Origin: Tubiluchus corallicola
Lineage: Eukaryota; Animalia; Priapulida
Assembly (NCBI GenBank): GCA_030141605.1
Contig: JAQGDQ010000294.1
Coordinates: forward strand, 124,001 to 188,000
DNA length: 64,000 nucleotides
Direction: 5' to 3'
How positions within the stretch are numbered: the first letter of the stretch is position 1; every line of letters starts with the position of its first letter. This document shows positions 26,991-39,318 of this stretch, in pieces. Below the pieces are notes generated by a model. That model saw only the letters and a list, made by a program, of their open reading frames with translations. It was not told the origin of the DNA and made no database searches. A program made the translations under genes and the position numbers.

Positions 26991-28229
26991 CATGATTTCA
27001 AAGAATGACCATTAACTAATAGTAAAGTATAGTTTTGAAATATATATTTAATTTGATGTAAGCCTCTCTTTTCTAAAATGAATAGGTGTTATATGAAATG
27101 CCTTGGAATTTCATAACTTTCATGTCTAAATTTTACACATTGCCTGTATGCACGAATGCCCTAATTTTCAGTCTATATATAATTAATCAAAGTTATTGGG
27201 TCACCTTATAACACATCAGCATCATAAATTTGCATAACTCTACACACAGCTTTAATCCTTTCATGTAAATTTGAATGACTGAAAAAACTACAAAGTTCAG
27301 ATATTTTAGTATCTGCCACGAATATCTTCTGATAAGGAACATTCACACAATACATGACGTTCAGGCGACGGCCCACAATGACTCTCCCTCCCTCAGGAGG
27401 GTGAAAGGGAAGATCCAGGATGGATAATGTTTTGGGAGAACATGAATCAGTTCAATCTGAGCGATTTACAATGACCTACAGCCTACTGGCGACCCAAAGT
27501 TGACAAAAACAATGTACCTGCCTATGCTACCTTCCTATAAAAAAATCTCCAACAACATAATTGTGTAGCTTGTATCGTTTAATCTGAAAACAAATAAGAT
27601 AATTTTATATAATTTTGCTCAGTTTTACGGCGAAATCTAAACCAAATTGATCTAATTAACTTTAACAAAATTTTACGCAAATTATAAAATCTAATCTCTA
27701 GTCTAATTAATCTAATCTTTTCAATAAACAAAGGTTCAAGATTTAAGAAATTAATAAATCAACTTACATGGTGATCTTCTATAAGTGTAATTATGAAATT
27801 ATAACAACAAATCAATGAATGACGCTAAACGATCTGTAACTAAAGTGTGTGAATAGCTGAGCGACTCCAATCTACAGGTCAGTTTACAGTTTAAAACGAA
27901 ACAAATTTATAACAGAAAAGAGGGGGGCAATACAAGTATAAATCAGCACACCTCCTCTAGGCATGTTTTCTAGTGAGATGGCTCTTCTCTAACGAGACAG
28001 CAGCTTAAATTACTCTTTTTATCAGTAGCGTATTTTGTTGCATAATAGTGGAACAAGTTAGTTGCGTAACAGTGGGATAGATAAGAGGAAGATAAACCGA
28101 TAATAGATTACATAATCACCTAGCGTCAGGACATGGCCACAAGCAGCCCTTAATCACGGCAAACTCACTGCCCTACACAAAATTTGCAATGATTTCGTAG
28201 AGGCTGCTGACAACGACGAAATACAGAAG

Positions 28230-28733
28230 ATGGTGCCGTGTCCATACAAACTCGTGAGGAGCTCGTGGTTTAAAATTTCTGCTGTATCTATCGGCGGAGC
28301 TGCCACCTTCTGGTGGATTGTGAAACAAAAGAACTCCAATACGTTTAAAGAAAACTTGGCAAAGTCTAAAGCAGAATATTATGATTACTACAACATGTTG
28401 GAAGACGAACGCAAGAAGAAACTGTTTAATAAAGTAAATTCCACGAGTAAACCGAAAATTCTGGAGATCAATGCAGTGGGAGCGAATTTTTCTTATTACC
28501 CCAGCCAAAGTCTGATATACTGTGTACAGCCAAGACGTGAGTTTCATCCACACTTGTGGAATAATGTGGAGCGCAGTGGATGCACAGGCCGAGTGGAACT
28601 TCTTCAACAATTTCCAGAGAATATGGACGGCGTGGAAGAGAATAGCGTGGATGCAGTAGTTTCCACGCATGCGCTGTGCTCCGTGGATGACGTGGAAGCC
28701 ACACTCGCCGAAATCAAAAGAGTTCTTAAACCT
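28230..28733 (+). CDS. METTL7: METTL7/TMT1-like paralogue 1, coding exon 1 (divergent SAM-binding motif)
   Basis: ORF MVPCPYKLV...ILEINAVGANFSYYP...SVDAVVSTHALCSVDDVEATLAEIKRVLKP, ending at GT donor 28734 (phase 0). Class I methyltransferase (Methyltransf_11-like) motifs match METTL7. Splices in frame to 31907 to give 247 aa. Confidence 0.85.
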
Positions 28734-28907
28734 GTAACGTATTTTTACATTATTTCCAAGTTCACTTTAATATCTAGAATTTGGACAAGCTAGTGGTTAG
28801 AAATTGGACTAAAAATTCTAAATAAGGAAGGCATCAGGACTATTACCCATTAACTGAAACGCTTCGTTCAAAGTTCAAACTCGTGGGTTCCAAAAAGCTT
28901 TTCCATG

Positions 28908-29333
28908 TATAGTTAAAAAGAACACAACTTCATTAAAAACTTTTACATTAAAAAGCTAAAATCATGACAAACGTTCCGACAGGCTACTGCTGTGGTAAAT
29001 TTATCATCAGTGGTAAATTTACAAACATACAACCAGTTTATATAGGCAGAGCCAACAGTATAAAACATTACGCACTAATTATGTAGTTAACAGAAGCCAA
29101 ATAGGTAATGAATAAACAGGCCAGTAAAGAAATTGATACAGTAACTTAAGCATTAATGCAACTTGGGCACTAATTTGGCTTCTGTTAACGCATAATACGC
29201 TATGCCTATATAAACTGTTTGTAAATTTACCACTTATCATGACTGCAGCAGCCTGTCGAGACGTTTGGCATGACTTTAACCTTTAACTTTTTAATGTAAA
29301 ATTTTTAATAAAGTTGTGTCGTTTTTAACTATA
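28908..29333. mobile_element. Foldback element resembling inverted Penelope-like pLTRs, with degenerate hammerhead motifs
   Basis: ~190-bp inverted arms (TATAGTTAAAAAGAACACAAC... / ...GTTGTGTCGTTTTTAACTATA). Each arm carries remnants of CCA-CTGATGA...GTC-GAAAC-GTT-TGG. Confidence 0.65.
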
Positions 29334-30014
29334 AAAAGGGCAGGTAGATTAGACAACATGGGAATCCTATAAACACAAGGGAATTCCCACTATTTGTACT
29401 TCCAGAAATTAGAAAAATAATTCTTAAGTACTGATCTGCACGAGTCTGCACTAATCCCAAATTAACAAGAAATTTCATCAACAAGTTTAAGCTGGTAATT
29501 AATTAAAAATGAGGAAAGCTTCAAAACTTATTTTCAAATCAGCACTTTCATATTAGCCATTTTTAACGAACACAGAAAAAAAACAGCTTCACGCATCAAT
29601 TAAAGAAATCCGGCTTTATTTGTAATGACCGGTTAACGTAGATCTAATTACTATCAAATATAACCTGCGTAATAATAAAACTATGAACTGACAGTGGACG
29701 TCATACTGTGTCCTGAAAATAACTTTTAATGCTTATTGCCCTAATTAAGCAAGGAGAATATAGCCGTGACGTCAATAGCAGCGCGACTATAATTCTGTAA
29801 TCTGTTATGTCCAATAATTATCAGCGGGCTTGTTTATAAAGCGTATTTTTACAGATTATCCAAGATATTAACCTAAGAAACCATAAATAAGACAGCAGAG
29901 ATCATGTATAATGACGCACGTTATAAATCAAATGTTGCTATTTATAAAAATTGATCAGTTGCTATATATGTCTATATTTGGTGGGTTTTTTTTGTCTGTT
30001 CGTTTTTGTACTAT

Positions 30015-30218
30015 TTAGAGAGGGCGTTGACGCAGCATCCGGATGCGTACCCGTTTCCAGCTGTGGAATAAATCTACAGGAACTAGCCGCAGAAAAAAAA
30101 TAACGCATACGCAGGCTGCATAAACGGGTGCATTGAAAACAATATAAATCCATTTTATCTATTCCGCAACCAATCTTTCCCCCAACGCATCCGCATCCGG
30201 ATGTTACGTAAACGCCAC
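30015..30218. mobile_element. Short hairpin MITE (Harbinger-like)
   Basis: GGCGTTGACGCAGCATCCGGATGCG / CGCATCCGGATGTTACGTAAACGCC inverted ends. Confidence 0.6.
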
Positions 30219-30222
30219 TTAA

Positions 30223-30833
30223 AGGAAGACAGAGGGATTTCTCATATACCACTCCATTTTCAAGTCCGATAAGAAGTATACATTTTAACACAATTAATAC
30301 TGCAAAAGCGTTTCTGATAATTAAATAACAGATTAAAAACTTATTTAACGGCGGGCGAACCAAACTTATTGATGACATCACAAACTAACATAATTTTCAA
30401 CAGCAAAAATATTCTACGAGCGTGTTGCACGTGTTTGCGAATGCGAAAATTGAAGTACAGGGCTATACTGTAAGAGATTCAGCGTATTGCACTAAAACTA
30501 GGCAAGTTTTAAGGTAACAACTCAATTTACCGCTGTGCTCATTCATAAGCTATCGAACATGTAGTGCGTCACAAACTAACACACCTGAACTGAGAGGAAC
30601 AGCACCTGTTTTTTGTGCAATGCGTTTCCAAAATGCAGGCATTAGTGCCAGTCTAACAAGAGAATGGCAGAACGCATGTAACAACGAAGAACTAGTGACG
30701 TGAACGAGAAACTGCGTTTGTGTGGTAATAATTCTTTCACGTAAGTCATTTTTGAAAAATAATATGTTTCCTTTCAGTATTTTAAAGAGTAGATTGTTTT
30801 GACAAACAGTTTAAGACTGGGTCCGGTTTTCTA
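30223..30833 (+). mobile_element. Family B MITE in the paralogue 1 intron
   Basis: TTAA|AGGAAGACAG...GGTCCGGTTTTCTA|TTAA. Confidence 0.8.
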
Positions 30834-30904
30834 TTAACTTTAGAAACAAACGCTTAGTAGCCGACAGCTTATAAAATTATCTTCTATAAAATTTAGTTCA
30901 CCAG

Positions 30905-31260
30905 CAGGTCCGGATTATCCTATAGGCTGCAGCGTAAGGGGGACCTCAAGCTTTGGTAACACTCGGTTAAAAATCTGTTTTTTCACTAAATCTATTTTTT
31001 CACTAAGTATGTGTTGAAATATATGCTAATTAGGCTTGCAGTAGAAATGGTAGAATAGTGGTATTTCTTGAAAAATATTTTTATTGAATTTTCTAGTTCA
31101 TTTAAAAAACTGTCAATGAATTTATTTATAAACGTCGCTGAAATATATCACGAGTAAAAAGCATACAAAGCGGGCGGCTGAGAGGATAGCTCCATCTGAG
31201 GGGTCCCATAATATCATTAGCCTAGGGATCATTAGCCCAAAAGATCACAATCTGGCCCTG
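30905..31260. mobile_element. hAT-like MITE
   Basis: CAGGTCCGGATT...AATCTGGCCCTG; TSD TTCACCAG/TTCACCTG. Confidence 0.75.
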
Positions 31261-31393
31261 TTCACCTGTGCATTTACATGTTGGACTTTTCCTATTTCAC
31301 ACAGACATGAGTGCGCACGAGAGTGACGACAACAATAAAGAAATTAGATATATTAATTCATCTTGGGTGTTCTAATAGGCACAAGTCCTTTAA

Positions 31394-31877
31394 AGCAAAA
31401 CCGGTCCCAATCTTAAACTGTAGGCCAAAACAATCTACTCTTCAAAATATTGAAAAGGAAACATACTATTTTTTCAAAAATGACTTATGTGAAAGAATTA
31501 TTACCACACAAACACAATTTCGCGTTTGCTTCACTAATTCTTCACTGTTACATGCATTTCACCATTCGCTAGTTAAACGGCCACTAGCGCCTGCACTTCG
31601 GAAACGCACTGCACAAAGAACAGGTGCTGCATGTCCCAGTTCAGACGTGTTCGTTTATGACGTTCGGCACACGTTTGACAGCTCATGCGTGAGTAGGGCG
31701 GTAAATTTAAAATTTGAATTTTTATCTTAAAACTTACCTAGTTTTAGCACAACACACTGAATATATCATACAGTAGGATTGTACTTCAACGCCTTTGCAG
31801 TATTAACTGTGTTAAAATGTATAGTTTTTATCGGACTTGAAAATGTGGTAGTATATAAAAAATCATCCTGTCTTCCT
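31394..31877 (-). mobile_element. Family B MITE in the paralogue 1 intron (inverted relative to the 30223 copy)
   Basis: TTAA|AGCAAAACCGG...CCTGTCTTCCT|TTAA, with an internal deletion. Confidence 0.8.
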
Positions 31878-31906
31878 TTAACTATTTCTTTTCTTATTTA
31901 AAACAG

Positions 31907-32146
31907 GAAGGGAAGTTTTTATTTATTGAACATGTAAAAGATCCCAAAAAGCTGAGCATAACAACTCTCATGCAGCATTTGTGCTTCTTTCCCTGGAGGT
32001 GGCTCACGCACTGCTCTCTGTTGGAGAAAACCGAAACTAAAATTGACAGAGCTGGATTCAGTCGAGTGGAAAGGGAATTTTTCTACACGGCAGCTAAACC
32101 ACGATTTCTGATTAGACCACACGTTATTGGAAATGCGACGAAATAA
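31907..32146 (+). CDS. METTL7: METTL7/TMT1-like paralogue 1, coding exon 2
   Basis: Acceptor ttcttatttaaaacAG|GAA. Translates EGKFLFIEHVKDPKK...PWRWLTHCSLLEKT...AGFSRVE...LIRPHVIGNATK*, the typical METTL7 C-terminus. Absent from the ORF track. Confidence 0.88.
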   Translation, partial: EGKFLFIEHVKDPKKLSITTLMQHLCFFPWRWLTHCSLLEKTETKIDRAGFSRVEREFFYTAAKPRFLIRPHVIGNATK

Positions 32147-32329
32147 AGATTATAAAATTTTAGTTAATCTTGAAAAAATGTGACTCATTTTGCCATACTT
32201 GGCAAACCTAGTATTGCCGTAATCGCGTTCATAATCAATTTTGAACAGCTTGAGAGCTATTAAGAGCAGTCCTATCAAATGCAATGAAATTCTTTTACAG
32301 AGTGATAGGAGGGCTGTTTGGGGCAAGGC

Positions 32330-33010
32330 AATTATTGCAAACAAATCGTCCAAAATAGCATCATTTAAAGCAAGCAATAAATCTTTGGAACTCACTACCG
32401 GTCGAAATTAAAAGAACTGAATCACTAGCAAAATTCAAAACGTTAATTAGAAAACACACAATGGAAAGATTCGAATATCCAACCCATCAAAATGATAATA
32501 TCAGCGCGAGTCCTAACATCCTAACCTAACTAAAAAAGCAAAGTTATGTGTATTCAGTTGCTCATTAAATTAAGTGCATCCTGTAATATTTGAACGTCTT
32601 TGTAATGCTTAGGTTGTATAGTATCTGTAATGTTTTATATTTGTGGTGTTTATTTGAACCTGTATACATGAAATATGGTCTATTGCTTTATATATGAGCA
32701 CAAATTACTGTTCGAATGTTCAGTTGTACCGATAAGTGTTTATATTACCTCTATGATACGTATTATTTTATGAGATTGTATTTGTAAAAGTGTGCTTTAG
32801 TTTTTTTCAGATAGGAGTATTTTGCTGTAGCTTAAGTCATTTTTTACTTTATTACTTGTGTTTTTATGCACCCCTACTGCAATCGTAGCTTTAATTTTTT
32901 TGCACCAGACACATTTGCCTATTAGCAATGTAGCCCAGGCAATCACTGAAGGATAATTCTCATTGTATAATGTATACCATCATTATTTTATGGCAAATAA
33001 AGTTATATAT
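32330..33010 (+). mobile_element. CR1/L2-group LINE 3' fragment immediately downstream of METTL7 paralogue 1
   Basis: AINLWNSLPVEIKRTESLAKFKTLIRKH; 3' UTR motif caccagacacatttgcc, AATAAA and a (TA)n tail. Confidence 0.65.
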
Positions 33011-33739
33011 ATTATATACATATATATTATACACACACACACATATATACAATACACATACATATATTATATAAATATATATATATATAAGTGTAAAGTA
33101 AATCTTTCTGCTGCGATTCTTTCACACTTTACCTACGCATTTTGTATCATAGCTAGGATTTACATAAAATGCGTAAAGTGACTGGCAAATTGTAAAATGA
33201 ACAAAATTTGCACTGAGTCGAACTTTTCGTACATACTTTGTAACTTTGCACATAACCTTCATTGTATAGTATGCCTAAAACGGAGCATACTAAGCTAAGT
33301 CACAGCTTATATGATAGTACTGCAATATAGCCGTGACATCACAGTATTACTATTGTTTAAACTGTGACTAAGCAAGCCCTTCAAGTAACTCGGTGAGTTT
33401 TACTGCTAATGGATGCTTTTACTGCTAATTTTACTGCTTACTGACAAGCACCCCAAAAATTTATCTGTCCCCATTTTTTTCAATGCGTAGAGAATCCTAT
33501 CGTTGGTGGTCATTCGAAGTATGGTGGTCAGTAGGCTTAGTACACCCATGTGCTAAGTGGCTGATAAGTAATTGTATCCAACGGCAGTTGTATTCATAAG
33601 CAGTGAATACAAAAAAGTTTTTAACGCGCAATAGTCAATCTCCATATTAACTTTTGTTTAAAAAATATCAAAATAGTAATCGTATATATGTTAGTCAAAC
33701 ACTTTTCCATACTTGTGCTTTTTCTTAATAGTTCTTTGG

Positions 33740-33830
33740 TGCGCCAGCAAAAGGAGCGGTCAGATCTAGCCTGCGCCAGCGAGAACGTCATCAATATGGC
33801 GGCGTCCCCTTAGTTACAGGCGAGTGAGAA
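33740..33830 (+). promoter_or_regulatory. Candidate promoter / non-coding first exon of METTL7 paralogue 2
   Basis: CpG-rich patch with a YY1-like AATATGGCGGC followed by a donor-like GTGAGA; acceptor tttttgcaatAG at 35125, 20 nt before the ATG. Confidence 0.3.
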
Positions 33831-34461
33831 CTTTTTGTAATTTGGCGTATAGCTGCTTCTAAGATAACCAGATTGATTTAAACTATACTATACACATTAC
33901 AATTTTTTGTAAGCGTGGTACCGCTAACTATGTACGTTGGCTAGAAAAAGATACAAGTTTTCATTAATACCGACACGACGTAGTAAGCAGTACTAGGCAC
34001 GCAAGCTAAGTTTACCGGCCACAAGGACCGGTCTACAGATCGAATTTCGGGCGAGGACCGGCGTTAAATTCGCACCCTGCGTAGTCCACTGTCAACTGTT
34101 TTGGGAATCATTTGTATTCGTGCAAATTCATACATTACTGATGTATTAGAAAAAAGAAATCCCAGCAACGTATACGGCAGATCCATTTAAAGGACATGGG
34201 CTCTTCATAGGCTGGAACCAAAACACGTATGTAGATGCATTATCACACCACACAATAGCATGGGTCCATATGTCACCCGTGAAACTTTTGTGCTAATCCT
34301 TAACTTTCAACAAAAAAATTAATTTCAGCGCGCAAGTTCCGTGGGAGCCAAAAAATCGGACATAAGGAATAATGCTATGAGACAATACCTACTATGAAGC
34401 AACCAAAGAGGGAATATGAAATGGAAATTCTTTAAAGTAATGATAAAATGCATCCACATTT

Positions 34462-34771
34462 AAACAGAATAGTAACTGTTACTGGGCAAAACCTGGCTAA
34501 CAAACAGAACAGTAACTGTTACTAGGCAAAACCTTGATAACAAACAGAATAGTAACTGTTACTGGGCAAAACCTGGCTAAAAGAATAGTAACTGTTACTG
34601 GGCAAAACATGGCTAACAAACAGAATAGTAACTGTTACTGGGCAAAACCTGGCTAACAGAATAGTAACAGTTACTGGGCAAAACCTGGCTAACAGAATAG
34701 TAACTGTTACTGGGCAAAACCTGGCTAACAAACAGAATAGTAACTGTTAGTGGGCAAAACCTGGCTAACAA
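34462..34771. repeat. 37-41-bp minisatellite (AAACAGAATAGTAACTGTTACTGGGCAAAACCTGGCTAAC)
   Basis: ~8 tandem units with the internal palindrome AGTAAC-T-GTTACT. Confidence 0.92.
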
Positions 34772-35144
34772 TAAAATGCAGTAATGTATTCTTTTAACTA
34801 GTCAGCTCATAACTGCAGCCTGCAACTGCCATCAATGACTGATTTTATAAGTTTTTATATGACATTTTTACATAACGTTCTTGCATAACTGAGTAAAATT
34901 ATATACAATTGTTAGATGTTTTGTGAAACTCGCAGCTCAAACCATTTATCTTCATTAGGACAACTAGCCCTCACAAAAACCTGCAACAGGTAGAACTTCC
35001 TTGGGGGAATAACGACCAAGGTGAAAGTGAAATTAGAAAGTTATTGCAAATGTGTTTCCAACTAAATGGACAGAATGGTTATAATTGATAGACGAATGTA
35101 AGCTAAATAACGTTTTTTGCAATAGGTTCCACTAAAACACCACT

Positions 35145-35642
35145 ATGATGCAAGACTGGATAAGTTGGGCAGGTTGGATAGTCAGAAGTGTGATAGTCAT
35201 CTTTTTCGTCTTGTTTCTGTGGCGGAAACTACTTAAAAACAAAATATACGCATTTATTTTGGACAGATATTCTGCTAAAAGCAGCAATGAGGGCCCGCAA
35301 AGAAAAGCTAAAGAAAAAATATTTTCTGCATTCTCCTCATTGGTAAAACATGGGAAACCATTGCACATTCTGGAACTAGGTGCTGGGTCAGGTGCCAATT
35401 TCGAATACTTTCCTGCCAACTGCATAGTAACATGTATAGATCCAAACCCCGAGTGTCACGAATGCCTGAAGAAAAACCACGACTTGTTTCCACATATCGC
35501 CAAAGTTGACTTCATAGTAACAAGTGCAGAAAATATGAACATAGAATCAGAAAGTGTAGACGCAGTGGTGGCAACAAAAGTGCTGTGCTCAGTGACGCCC
35601 TTGAAAAAAGTGCTGAGCGAAGTAAAGAGAGTATTAAAACCA
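35145..35642 (+). CDS. METTL7: METTL7/TMT1-like thiol methyltransferase paralogue 2, coding exon 1
   Basis: N-terminal hydrophobic anchor, ILELGAGSGANF motif I, CIDPNP, SVDAVVATKVLCSV, EVKRVLKP|GTAAGT donor at 35643. Confidence 0.92.
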
Positions 35643-35684
35643 GTAAGTTATTTTCCTGGACTATATAGTAGTATCTATATAAAG

Positions 35685-36082
35685 CAGTGGTTCTCAAAGT
35701 AGGGGTAAATTACCCCCCGGGGGTAATATGGTTTTTTTTTTGGGGGGGGGGGTAACGGGCACCCCTCTGAAAATTTTTAAAACTTCGCTCAGAATGCATT
35801 TTACGTAGTTTTCTTGAAGAGACTCTTCTAATAATTACTCGAACGAACCTGCTCACTCAGTAATGAGCAGGTTCAGTAATTGTAATTCTTGTTTTGGCAA
35901 CAATACAACAACAATACCTGGAAATTTATTTATGTCACGAGCAAACATAAATAATTTTGCTTTCTTGTGGCATATACGTGTGTTTACTTTTTGAGTTGGA
36001 GAAGTAGTACTAGGTGGGGGGTAATGGACACGACCGGGTTTCCCGATTTGGGTAACGGTCCGAGAAAGTTTGGGAACCACTG
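35685..36082. mobile_element. hAT (Charlie-like) MITE in the paralogue 2 intron
   Basis: TIRs CAGTGGTTCTCAAA / TTTGGGAACCACTG; perfect 8-bp TSD ATATAAAG. Confidence 0.9.
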
Positions 36083-36350
36083 ATATAAAGTATGGAAATA
36101 TTTATATCTAATAGTGCAACTGAATTGAATATTTCATTAGTGTCTCAGGGTTTTAACTTTTATTGACAGTTTGGGCCTTGCTGTGATCAGCAGACCATAG
36201 CTAACATTATTGTGCTGTTGCTGTCTAGCAAATTCAAAATTCAACTCGCATCAGTGACATTGTATAATTACCTAATGTGCTGTCTAATGGCCAACACCAT
36301 GTACTCAAAAAAAGGTTATTATTTTCCATACAAGTGTTCTTTCGTTGCAG

Positions 36351-36584
36351 GGTGGAAAGTTTTTTTATCTGGAACATGTCGGAGAGGATCGATGGAACAT
36401 CATATCCATTTTACAATATATCTTTTACCTGCCCTGGTGGTATACGTGGGAGTGCAATGTTATACGGCAAACTGGACAATATATACAGGCAGCAGGGTTT
36501 TCCAATATTGAGCAGACGCGTTTTACAAGCGAAACCAAACTTCTGATTGTACGACCTCGCATAGCAGGAATAGCAACAAAATAA
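36351..36584 (+). CDS. METTL7: METTL7/TMT1-like paralogue 2, coding exon 2
   Basis: ttcgttgcAG|GGT; GGKFFYLEHV...PWWYTWECNVIRQTG...AGFS...VRPRIAGIATK*. Total 243 aa. Confidence 0.92.
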   Translation, partial: GGKFFYLEHVGEDRWNIISILQYIFYLPWWYTWECNVIRQTGQYIQAAGFSNIEQTRFTSETKLLIVRPRIAGIATK

Positions 36585-36630
36585 CATCAACAGTGCAGAC
36601 ACTGTCGCTGATATGTGATATACATGAAAT

Positions 36631-37245
36631 AAGGCAAGACTCCAAGATGTGTGACGTGTGATCCGTAATGCGTATACAACAGTTTGTATTTAAACATGTA
36701 GAAGTGTTTCCATGTATATGTAATGCATCATCCATAATGCGTGATCCGTATTCATACTAACGTGATTACTATTGTCCGATTACACATGATGCAGCAGGAA
36801 ACCGCTGACTGGCGACCAATTCGAGTTAGGCGAGTTTTGGTCACTTCAGGACTTATAAACAATAATATTTGAGTTTTTGAGAGGGGAAGAAGTATGTAGT
36901 TATGTGTTGTGTATCTAACTGGAGTTTTTTCATTAAATCATGATTCGAATCATATTGTTTTCTCCCTTGCAAAATGCCGCGTACCCAAAACCTGTGCTTT
37001 CTTTTCCGTCTAATAGTACAATAATAAGCTAATGCTGCAACTGTAATTATCGTGGTTAAATTTCAACAGAGCATGGTTTCCAAAAATTATTGCTTGCAGT
37101 TTTCACGAATAGCGACCAAAGATGGCAGAAAGAGCACCGTGAGCTTTGTTAGTATGCATAGCGTTTACCGACAGTATACATGCATCATGCATTATGGATC
37201 GCAAATCACGCATCACGCATTACGTGCACATGGAGTCCCAGCTTT
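36631..37245. mobile_element. Foldback (Harbinger-like) MITE just after the paralogue 2 stop codon
   Basis: GACTCCA.../...TGGAGTC ends with ~100-bp imperfect inverted arms. Confidence 0.5.
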
Positions 37246-38972
37246 ACACTGGCAAACCGAGCTTGGACAGAGATGGACACAGTTTAGTTTCAGCATTTAT
37301 GAACCTGACCATTATGGCTGTGACAACAACATTCGTTGTCTTTGTCTTATGTGTCAAGCAAATTATCGAAGAAGGCATATGACTGACTTTGATGTTTTGA
37401 GTGACTGCAAATGCCTCGACTTTTGTGCCGAATAAACACTGGCTTTACATCAGAACAGAGAAGTGTTGAAAACCCAGAAGTTGTGTATTAAATATCAAGT
37501 CAATGTAGTAACACTACCTACTGAAAAATATGGCCCAGTGTCATCTGTAAGATTAATACTCCATTTATAAAAAAAACTATACCAGTGTAGAGTTAGAACA
37601 CATTTTTTTATAAAATTTTGTTCATAAAGATTGAATGTGTTATTAAATTAAATGTAACAACTTATTTGTTTCAACAATATAAATATTCTTGCATTCATGT
37701 ATAAACAACGTATAGGAATTTTAATGAACAATACTGCTCCAGGATACCTTGAAGCACCTTGAAGTCAGTGTCAAGATATTAATCAAGGTCTTAGTTAAAT
37801 ATGCACAATGTACTGTTATAGAGCCAGAAAATCTTCGTAGGCTAGCGGATGTAGTTCTGTTGCACTATTTAGTGTGGATCAGTCCGCTGGAGTGCGGGAG
37901 TTTGGAGAAGAAAAAAGGCGGTAGAGTGTAGAATGTGGATTTAAGACAATTGTTTAATTTAATTTTAATTTTGAGTTACATCTCTTAACAGTTCGCGGGT
38001 CACTTCTTCTGGCGGAGGGACAAATTTTTACTTAAAATAGTTTTCCTTAAGTTTTTAGTGGAAAATAGTTTAGATGTATTCTTCTCTTTTCTAGCAAAGA
38101 TAGCAAAACTGTTTCACATTCTAATATTCACCAAAGTCGAAAGTTACAACGTAGTTATTACTTCTTTGGGGCGCGCGCATGCATACATCAGTTTGTCCCG
38201 ATGTGCTCAAATACTTCTGCTAATAAAACCACTAGCAGACTGCACAGCAGTAGAACATATATCTAGGGCTCTAGGCTTTTGTGCATAATTACACAGTTAT
38301 TTTGGGTGATCTAATTCCATAAATAGCATGCTGCTATGAAGAGAGATGCATTTATTTTTATGACATTGTTAATCACTGGCTCTGAGGTAACCTCCCATAG
38401 TCCCAGGTTACGGTACTAAAATCTCACATGCTATATAATATTTTAAAACTTTAAAGTGTTAACGGTGCTGACAGTTGATTTCAGAATCTGGCTTCAAATT
38501 ATAATTACCCTGTCAAGTGGTTTTCAAATTTTATGGGGCTTTACTCTTAACCTCCAGACCATTGCTGTAAACTCCCCTCCCCCAACTTTTCACCTCTGTT
38601 ACTGCAGATGTTTGGGATACCAGGATGAGGTGCATTACATTTATATGTGCAGCCTTTAAATTAGTACTTAAACACAGAGCACTAAATTAAAACCAATAGG
38701 TAAATGCTAGAACAAAAGTGTCAACCTGTCAAATATCAAACTCTGTTTCTCCAGAACAAGTTCTGTATTATTAAACCATTGAGTTTAACACCAAGTGTGA
38801 ATTAAGAAAAATATGAATAATGTGAAAGACGACTGAAAATGCTTAAATGAATAATTTTATGGCTTATGGCTACTTTAGATCTTTTCTCAACACACCTGAC
38901 CTATTATTATTGACAAGAAAAATGGACTGGTAAAATATTGCACTTTAAATCAAATTACATGCACACTACCAT

Positions 38973-39318
38973 TAGGGTTGAGCATTCTCTACCAGAAAGC
39001 GAATTCGAATCGAACCGGACTTCAGTGTTTGGAATTCGAATTGAGATTGAAAGATTTTCGAACCACCAGTAAAAATTAGTCTTAACAAAGATCATGCATA
39101 TCACTCGATTTTGTTCTGCAAAAAAACGATTAGCAATTTGTTTAAAATTGTGCACAGAAATCACAGCTAAATTATGCCAATTACACGATGTTTCAATCGT
39201 TTTAATGATAAAGAACATTATGTGATTGAAGTGCTGAATCTATAGTTTTACGTTCGAATCGAGTTTGAACTAAAAAAAATCGTTCGAATTCGATTCGAAT
39301 GTTCGATGCTCACCCCTA
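38973..39318. mobile_element. hAT-like MITE with GAATCGAA subterminal repeats
   Basis: TAGGGTTGAGCAT...ATGCTCACCCCTA; near-TSD ACTACCAT/ACTACTAT. Confidence 0.7.
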
